Source: an uncultured Aquificales bacterium (GTDB lineage: Bacteria; Thermosulfidibacterota; Thermosulfidibacteria; Thermosulfidibacterales; Thermosulfidibacteraceae). Taken from it: DNA of 13,684 bases. Shown one piece after another: positions 8,300 through 13,684 of the stretch. The notes under the pieces were generated by a model, which worked only from the letters and a program-made list of their open reading frames with translations, did no database searches and was not told where the DNA came from. Location of the stretch: NCBI GenBank assembly GCA_964411615.1, contig CAYPLO010000025.1:7054-20737 (forward strand). Direction: 5' to 3'. Within the stretch, counting starts at the first letter, position 1. Each line of letters begins with the position of its first letter. The position numbers were made by a program, and so were the translations under genes.

Positions 8300-8329
8300 A
8301 TTCTAAGGACTTCAAAGGTTGTGGGTCAA
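8300..8329 (-). promoter_or_regulatory. Putative sigma70 promoter of the nuclease-like gene
   Basis: Minus strand TTGACC (8329-8324)-N18-TAGAAT (8305-8300), upstream of the GGAGG RBS. Confidence 0.6.
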
Positions 8330-8342
8330 GAGTGGAAGTTGC

Positions 8343-8369
8343 TTAAGGTTTTGTGTGCATGGACGATTT
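8343..8369 (+). promoter_or_regulatory. Putative sigma28 (FliA)-type promoter
   Basis: TTAAGGTT (8343-8350)-N11-GACGATTT (8362-8369), versus consensus TAAAGTTT-N11-GCCGATAA. Spacing is exact and the CGAT core is intact. A GGAGGAG RBS follows. Confidence 0.55.
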
Positions 8370-8389
8370 TAACTTTGGAGGAGTCTAAG

Positions 8390-8797
8390 GTGAGGGTGGG
8401 GTCTGTAATAGGCGTTTACCTGCGTGGCTCCAAGCTGGATGAGGTTGAGAAGAGCAAGGTGGTTCAGGAGCTTCAGCAGATAGACAGGCGGGTCAGACAG
8501 CACGAGATGGCCCACAAGATTGCGGGAGGGCCCTATGCGGGGCCTCCGCATTTCAAGTACGTTAGAGGCCCTGACGGCAGGCTCTACGCCGTCGCCGGTG
8601 AGGTTAGCATAGATGTGAGTGAGGAGAGGGACCCTGAGGAGACCATAAGGAAGATGGAGCAGGTGATAAGGGCCGCCCTTGCCCCTGCGGACCCCTCACC
8701 CCAGGACAGGAGGGTTGCTGCAGAAGCGGCCCAGAAGCTGATGAAGGCCCGTATGGAACTTCTTATGGAGGAGAACAGGGTTGACCTGAAGGCTTAG
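8390..8797 (+). CDS. SprA-related family protein, putative zinc metalloprotease (HEXXH)
   Basis: D-R-x-V-R-x-HEMAH...GG...[17 protein letters not shown]...[29 protein letters not shown] is the SprA-related core. GTG 8390 with GGAGGAG RBS preferred over 8321. Confidence 0.85.
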   Translation: MRVGSVIGVYLRGSKLDEVEKSKVVQELQQIDRRVRQHEMAHKIAGGPYAGPPHFKYVRGPDGRLYAVAGEVSIDVSEERDPEETIRKMEQVIRAALAPADPSPQDRRVAAEAAQKLMKARMELLMEENRVDLKA

Positions 8798-9276
8798 CCC
8801 AGCTCCAGAAGCTCCGCCTCCATACTGTCAGTATCCACAAGGGCCACCGTTGCCCTTCCCGTGACCCACCCGCAACACTCCCCTGGATTGACTATGAGGG
8901 TGTTCCCCATTTTTTCAATTCTCGGCTGATGTGTGTGCCCGAAGAGGATTAGCTGGTAGCTTCCCGATTTCGCTATCTCTTCCACAAAGTGGTGGTAGTG
9001 CTTTATAAGTATCCTCTTTCCGCCCAGCTCTATCTCCTTGGGCTCCTTTGAGAGCCTTCCATCGGACCTTTTGATGAGTATCTCCACCTCTCCGTCGTTG
9101 TTGCCCAGAACTCCTATCCACTCAAGCTCCGCTCTGTTCAGAAGGTCCATGGTGAAGGGGGCCACTATGTCTCCGCAGTGGACCACCACATCAACCTGTC
9201 TGGATTTGAAAAGCTCAAGGGCCCTCCTGGTGTTATCCAGGTGGTCGTGGGTGTCTGACATGACGCCAAGGACCAT
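8794..9276 (-). CDS. YfcE/MJ0936-family metallophosphoesterase
   Basis: Calcineurin-like motifs SDTH, HCGD, GNND, GHTH, NPG. AGGAGGTG RBS. Confidence 0.92.
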   Translation of the reverse strand: MVLGVMSDTHDHLDNTRRALELFKSRQVDVVVHCGDIVAPFTMDLLNRAELEWIGVLGNNDGEVEILIKRSDGRLSKEPKEIELGGKRILIKHYHHFVEEIAKSGSYQLILFGHTHQPRIEKMGNTLIVNPGECCGWVTGRATVALVDTDSMEAELLELG

Positions 9277-9305
9277 CGTCCACCTCCTTCTGGATTTGCT
9301 TGGCC

Positions 9306-9319
9306 TGATATTTTATCAA
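9306..9319. promoter_or_regulatory. Symmetric bidirectional extended -10 element (TGATA-TTT-TATCA)
   Basis: Minus strand TG-A-TAAAAT (9318-9310) and plus strand TG-A-TATTTT (9306-9314), in a 50-bp divergent gap. Confidence 0.55.
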
Positions 9320-9326
9320 TAACCCC

Positions 9327-10016
9327 GTGAGGGAGGAACTGCTACACCTGCTCATGTGGTACAGGCAGGCGGGGATAACCGAGTACTTTCGTCTGCCTGT
9401 AAAAAGGGTGGAATCTGTCCCAGAGGAGAGGGCTGTGGAGGACAGGTGCAGGGATAAGGAGCTTGAGCTTGAAAGAATCAGGGAGGAGCTGGGAGACTGC
9501 AGGAGATGTCCCCTGTGGAAACATCGCACCAACCTGGTCTTTGGGGAGGGTAACCCCTGTGCCAAGGTGATGTTCGTGGGAGAGGCCCCTGGCGAGGAGG
9601 AAGACAGGCAAGGAAGACCCTTCGTTGGGCTTGCAGGACAGCTTCTCACCAGACTCATTGAAGAGGTGGGCTGGAGGCGTGAGGATGTCTATATAGCCAA
9701 TGTGTTGAAGTGCAGGCCCCCGGGAAACAGGAATCCCAGGGAGGAGGAGATAGAGGCCTGTAGCCCCTTCCTTCTCAAACAGATAGACGCAATAAAGCCC
9801 AAGGTCATCTGCGCCCTGGGCACCTTCTCCGCCCAGCTGCTCATAGGCAAGAAGATACCCATAAGCAGGATAAGGGGGAGGGTGCTTACGGGCTGGAAGG
9901 GCTACAGGGTCTTTCCCACCTACCATCCCGCCTACCTTCTGAGGAATCCCAAGCAGAAGCCCGTTGCCGTAGCCGATTTCAGGACCCTCAGGCAGATGGT
10001 TGAGGATGAGGGCTAA
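9327..10016 (+). CDS. udg: Family 4 ([4Fe-4S]) uracil-DNA glycosylase
   Basis: [29 protein letters not shown], later Cys (EAC), TYHPAYLLR. Confidence 0.95.
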   Translation: MREELLHLLMWYRQAGITEYFRLPVKRVESVPEERAVEDRCRDKELELERIREELGDCRRCPLWKHRTNLVFGEGNPCAKVMFVGEAPGEEEDRQGRPFVGLAGQLLTRLIEEVGWRREDVYIANVLKCRPPGNRNPREEEIEACSPFLLKQIDAIKPKVICALGTFSAQLLIGKKIPISRIRGRVLTGWKGYRVFPTYHPAYLLRNPKQKPVAVADFRTLRQMVEDEG

Positions 10017-11001
10017 GCTGCTCTACCTTCCCAACTGGGTGGGAGATTTTCTCATGGCCTGGGCCTCCTTACGCTGGTGCCTCGGACGGGATGTGCTGCT
10101 CTTCGGTAAACCGAGGTTTCGGGAGCTTGTGGAGGGGGATTTATCAGAGGCAAGGTGGATTCCCAAATCTGGTAGCTTCACCAGGGACTGGCTGAGGCTC
10201 TTTAAAAGTGAGGCCGTTGAAGCAGTTCTGCTTCCCAACTCCTTCTCGTCTGCCCTTATAACCACCCTTGCCGGGATGAGGACCGTTGGGATTCCCTCTG
10301 ATGGTAGGGGTTTTCTGTTGAATAAAAGGGTGCTTCCGAGGTGTTTTCACCAGGCGGATGTTTACAGGGAGATACTGGATGCGGCAGGCTTAAAGGTTCC
10401 TGAAAGGCCCTTGCCCTCTCTATCCCTTGCTCCGGAGCATCTTGAGTGGGCTGAGGATAGGCTGAGAAGAGCGGGGTTTGGCAACACGCCGGTCTTCTGC
10501 GTCCATCCGGGTGCCTCCAAAAGCCAGAGGTGCTGGATGGTTGAGGGATTTGCCCAGGTGTGCCGCAGACTGCTGAGGGAGGGTTTTGGAATCGTTATAG
10601 TGGGGGGAGGGGCCGATTCCCGTGAGGCGGAGGCTGTGGAGGAGATGGTCTCTGGCTCAGGGGTTTTGAACCTTGCCAGAGAGGATGTCTCCTTGGGCAG
10701 GCTCGCTGCGGTTATATCGCTGGCTTGTGGCTTTCTGGGCAACGACAGCGGCCCCCTGCATATAGCGGCGGCGGCAGGGGTGCCCTCGGTTGGCATATAC
10801 GGCACCAGCGTCCCGGAGAAGACGGGGCCTGTGACGGTTCCGGGTGTTCCCTTCGTTCCTGTGTGCAGCAGGTTCCCCTGCTCTCCTTGCAGGGAGCGTT
10901 TCTTCAAAGAATGCGAGCCCCAGAATGGCAAGCCCCCCTGCATAGCGGCCATATCCGTGGAGGATGTCTGGGGGGCCGTTGAGGAGGTGCTGGGGCTGTG
11001 A
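10006..11001 (+). CDS. waaF: Glycosyltransferase family 9, LPS heptosyltransferase II-like
   Basis: PNWVGD, LLPNSFSSA, HPGAS, NDSGPLHIAAA, C-terminal CSPC...C...C. ATG 10006 overlaps the udg end. The symbol is less certain than the family. Confidence 0.85.
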   Translation: MRAKLLYLPNWVGDFLMAWASLRWCLGRDVLLFGKPRFRELVEGDLSEARWIPKSGSFTRDWLRLFKSEAVEAVLLPNSFSSALITTLAGMRTVGIPSDGRGFLLNKRVLPRCFHQADVYREILDAAGLKVPERPLPSLSLAPEHLEWAEDRLRRAGFGNTPVFCVHPGASKSQRCWMVEGFAQVCRRLLREGFGIVIVGGGADSREAEAVEEMVSGSGVLNLAREDVSLGRLAAVISLACGFLGNDSGPLHIAAAAGVPSVGIYGTSVPEKTGPVTVPGVPFVPVCSRFPCSPCRERFFKECEPQNGKPPCIAAISVEDVWGAVEEVLGL

Positions 11002-11702
11002 ACTACAGGAGGCTGGTGGGGGGTGAGGGGCTTGTTGGCTTCACCTTGAGACTCAAGGAGAGCAACCTGTTTATAATGGCCTGCAAGGACCTTACCTCTT
11101 TTGCCCTTAACGCCCTCATCAGGGTCCGAAGGGAGATTGAGGAGTACATAGCCTCACACCCTGAGTTTGCCGTCTCCCTGGTTCCTGTGCCTGTTGCCGA
11201 TGATGCTCCTGAGGTGGTGAAGGCCATGGCCCGGGCCGCCAAAGCCGCAGGTGTGGGGCCTATGGCCGCCGTTGCAGGTGCCATAGCCGGTGAGGTGGGC
11301 ATGGAACTGACGAGCCATTCTAAGGAGGTGATAGTGGAGAACGGTGGGGATATATTTATGGTCTCCCAAAGGCCCAGGGTGGTCTCCATATACGCAGGGG
11401 ATTCTCCCCTTTCCATGAGGGTTGGTATAAAGCTGGAGCCGGGGACCTGGGGTGTGGCAACCTCCTCTGCTACCGTCGGCCATTCCCTGAGTTTCGGGAA
11501 GGCCGATGCGGCTGTGGTGGTGAGCAGGGACCCTGCCCTCTCCGATGCCCTGGCGACTGCCCTCTGCAACAGGGTTGGCGGCGTTGATGATGTTGAGGAT
11601 GCCCTTGGGTGGGTTATGGAGGTTGATGGAGTTGAGGGGGCGGTGGTCATAGTGGGAAGGCACCTTGGGGCGGCGGGCAGGATAACCCTTGTGAGGACTT
11701 AG
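10998..11702 (+). CDS. UPF0280 family protein (short ApbE-like, flavin-transferase fold)
   Basis: KESNL, GVGPMAAVAGAIA, IVENGGDI, VATSSATVGHSLSFGKADA, DALATALCN. GTGA overlap with waaF. No signal peptide. Confidence 0.88.
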   Translation: MNYRRLVGGEGLVGFTLRLKESNLFIMACKDLTSFALNALIRVRREIEEYIASHPEFAVSLVPVPVADDAPEVVKAMARAAKAAGVGPMAAVAGAIAGEVGMELTSHSKEVIVENGGDIFMVSQRPRVVSIYAGDSPLSMRVGIKLEPGTWGVATSSATVGHSLSFGKADAAVVVSRDPALSDALATALCNRVGGVDDVEDALGWVMEVDGVEGAVVIVGRHLGAAGRITLVRT

Positions 11703-11722
11703 GGGGCGAGAGGCCCCCTAAG
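11698..11722. terminator. GC-rich hairpin between convergent genes, probable bidirectional terminator
   Basis: CTTAGGGGGC-GAGAG-GCCCCCTAAG, a perfect 10-bp stem. No canonical U-tract. Confidence 0.65.
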
Positions 11723-13493
11723 CAGCCATTCCGTAGAACCACTTCTTCGCCTCACCGTAGGCCTTCTCAAGCTCCTCAATGGCCTTCAGCAGGTAGTAGC
11801 CCGCCTGGGTGAGGCTGTTGGTGCCCAGGAACTTGGTCATGCGGGCTATTCTCACCACCTCTGAGAAGGTTTCGGGGTCAAGCCCTGATAGCCTTTCCAC
11901 CTTCTTCCACCTGTCCGGTCTAACCCTTATCTTATGCTCCCTCTCGTAGAGGGTACCCACCTCCTTTATGGCCTTGATGACCCTGACGAGGTGCGGAGTT
12001 ACGGGATTGCCGAAGCCACTGGTAACCCCTGCCAGGGCCCTCTTGAGGTAGATACCCGCCTCGGTGAGGACCACCATACCCGTTGGGAGAATCTCCACAA
12101 ATCCCTTGGCGTCCAGCATCTCTATGGCCTTTCTTATCCTGTGCCCTCCATCTTCAGGGTACTTCTCCATGTACTCCTTCAGGTAGAGCATGTTCCTGTC
12201 TGAGATTTTTGAAAGCACCTCCATCTCGTAGTCGGTTATGTGGGGTAGCCTCTCTATGGATACGGCCAGGTCGGCGTAGAGAGTACCCGAATCAGTGGGG
12301 CCGAAGTCGCCCACCAGACCTTCCCTTCTGGCCTCCTCGTACCAGTCGGCTCCCGGAGCTGTAAACTCCTTTCTGGTTGCTGTGATGCACTTAACGGCGG
12401 GGGATGTTATCTCCCTTCTGCTTCTCTTCTGGTCCTCAAGAACCTTTCTTCCCCAATCTGTAAAGGTGTATAGAAGCTCCCCCTTCTTTCCTTCTGCCGA
12501 CGTGAGTATCCCGAAACACTCAAGGGAGTAGAGGCACTTCATAACCTCCTTCTCCAGGGCTGGCTTGACCTTGGCTATGTAGCCCTTTATCTGCTTGGGT
12601 GTTGGCTCTATCTCCGGATTCTCCCTGTTCTTCTTCCAGAGCTCGTCCACGGCGAAGAGCACTGTGATGTCATCGTCGGTGAGCACTATGGATGGGGTAA
12701 GCAGCATGGCCCCTTCGTTGTAGAGCTTGTAGGCCATGTAGAGGGCCTCTCCTGCAGGTAGCAACTCAAGATTCTCATCCACATAGGCCATGGCCTGGAG
12801 GGTGACTATATCGTTCTCGCTGAGGTCTTGGGGAGACTCCTTGGCCCTCTTCACCGCAAGGAGGATATCCACACTGACCACGGTGGGGAAGGGCTGGGCT
12901 CCCTTCTCAACGGCCTCCTTTATCTTCTGACCCAGTCCGGTGAAGGTGAAGAAGTCGGCAGGTGGCATGGAAAAAGCTATGAGCCTCTGTGCCTCAAGCT
13001 GCTTCACCAGCTCGTCGTCTATGTCGACTACCCCTGTCTTTCTCACAGGACCAACGGGCAGCTTTTTAATCAGCTTTGCAAGTTCCTGGTCCACCACCAG
13101 CTGGGGCCTTGCAAGCCTGTATATCTCCCATAGCTCCTCACCCTCTTCGGTAAGCCTTCCCTCTCTTGCCAGTCCCCTCTCCTCAAGGGGCTTCACAAAG
13201 TCCTCAGGTATCCTGCCACCGGCCCTGATAACGGAGTCCACCATGGCTATGACCTCTGAGCCCACGAACCTGAAGTTGTCCTCCCACTGGTCTATCCCTA
13301 TGCCCTTATCCTCTAATGACTTGATGAGCTCCACCAGTGATTCACCTGTGTATGTGAGACTGTATGAGCCTGGCAACTCAAACCTCAGGATACCCGCCAG
13401 CTCAAGGACCCTTGCCTCCGGTGTCTCTTTGTCGGCCTTCTCTCCGGATGCTATGGCCTTCAGCAGCCTTGCCCCTCTTCCGGTGATTACCAT
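11718..13493 (-). CDS. DUF505-like protein, tandem winged-helix repeats, unknown function
   Basis: 591 aa with eight recurring [LFP]-[TL]-x-x-G wing/helix-cap motifs, each preceded by 'L-E-x-x-G-L/I'-like helices. Size and termini resemble DUF505 as recalled; not searched. Strong AAGGAGGTGA RBS. Confidence 0.78.
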   Translation of the reverse strand: MVITGRGARLLKAIASGEKADKETPEARVLELAGILRFELPGSYSLTYTGESLVELIKSLEDKGIGIDQWEDNFRFVGSEVIAMVDSVIRAGGRIPEDFVKPLEERGLAREGRLTEEGEELWEIYRLARPQLVVDQELAKLIKKLPVGPVRKTGVVDIDDELVKQLEAQRLIAFSMPPADFFTFTGLGQKIKEAVEKGAQPFPTVVSVDILLAVKRAKESPQDLSENDIVTLQAMAYVDENLELLPAGEALYMAYKLYNEGAMLLTPSIVLTDDDITVLFAVDELWKKNRENPEIEPTPKQIKGYIAKVKPALEKEVMKCLYSLECFGILTSAEGKKGELLYTFTDWGRKVLEDQKRSRREITSPAVKCITATRKEFTAPGADWYEEARREGLVGDFGPTDSGTLYADLAVSIERLPHITDYEMEVLSKISDRNMLYLKEYMEKYPEDGGHRIRKAIEMLDAKGFVEILPTGMVVLTEAGIYLKRALAGVTSGFGNPVTPHLVRVIKAIKEVGTLYEREHKIRVRPDRWKKVERLSGLDPETFSEVVRIARMTKFLGTNSLTQAGYYLLKAIEELEKAYGEAKKWFYGMAA

Positions 13494-13525
13494 CTCTCAC
13501 CTCCTTTTGAGATTTCACACCTGTA

Positions 13526-13554
13526 AACCTAAACTCTAAGTCTGCTCATGTCAA
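13526..13554 (-). promoter_or_regulatory. Putative sigma70 promoter of the DUF505-like gene
   Basis: Minus strand TTGACA (13554-13549)-N17-TAGGTT (13531-13526). Confidence 0.65.
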
Positions 13555-13590
13555 GTTTTATGATAATAATAATTTAGCCACCTGACTCCC

Positions 13591-13619
13591 TTGACATTTT
13601 CCCTTCGTGGGATAAAAAT
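13591..13619 (+). promoter_or_regulatory. Putative sigma70 promoter of tRNA-Gly
   Basis: TTGACA (13591-13596), 16-17 nt spacer, TAAAAAT (13613-13619), 15 nt before the tRNA. Confidence 0.65.
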
Positions 13620-13634
13620 GAGTGATAAGAAGGG

Positions 13635-13684
13635 GCGGGCGTAATTCAGGGGTAGAATGCCAGCTTCCCAAGCTGGAAGTCGCG
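13635..13684 (+). tRNA. tRNA-Gly(CCC), 3' part outside the window
   Basis: GCGGGCG acceptor 5' strand, D-arm ATTC-AGGGGTA-GAAT, anticodon arm CCAGC-TT-CCC-AA-GCTGG (anticodon 13667-13669). Confidence 0.96.

Noticed and set aside
8321..8389. Longer start for the SprA-related ORF
   Set aside because: No RBS at 8321, whereas a strong GGAGGAG precedes GTG 8390.
9342..13539. Long opposite-strand ORFs (9342..9926, 10362..10952, 11003..11650, 12940..13539, etc.)
   Set aside because: Almost entirely antisense to well-supported genes, with Ser/Pro-biased composition typical of shadow ORFs.
13635..13684. tRNA-Gly as an integration site of a genomic island
   Set aside because: No integrase or duplicated tRNA end in the window. 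The 3' end lies outside it, so this cannot be assessed.

Overview
Compact, mostly housekeeping chromosomal segment. AGG/ATA-rich codons, E/K/R-rich proteins, a family-4 UDG, an LPS heptosyltransferase and a DUF505-like gene suggest a Gram-negative thermophile, possibly Aquificota-like (inference). Gene order: partial amidohydrolase_2 gene (-, missing from the ORF track), divergent from nadB-nadA-nadC (+); pyrE plus a soluble chemoreceptor with a C-terminal sensor-like domain (-); stand-alone cobyrinate a,c-diamide synthase (+); a coiled-coil heptad-repeat PD-(D/E)XK nuclease-like gene (-); a SprA-related HEXXH protein behind a sigma28-like promoter (+); a YfcE-type metallophosphoesterase (-); udg-waaF-UPF0280/ApbE-like operon (+); a DUF505-like multi-winged-helix protein (-); and the 5' part of tRNA-Gly(CCC). 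I see no mobile element or CRISPR array, and no clearly new multi-gene system. The best leads are the heptad-repeat nuclease, the 2x4 winged-helix protein, the C-terminal-sensor MCP coupled to pyrE, the sigma28/SprA-like gene and several regulatory oddities. Family assignments come from motif recognition by eye; no database searches were run.
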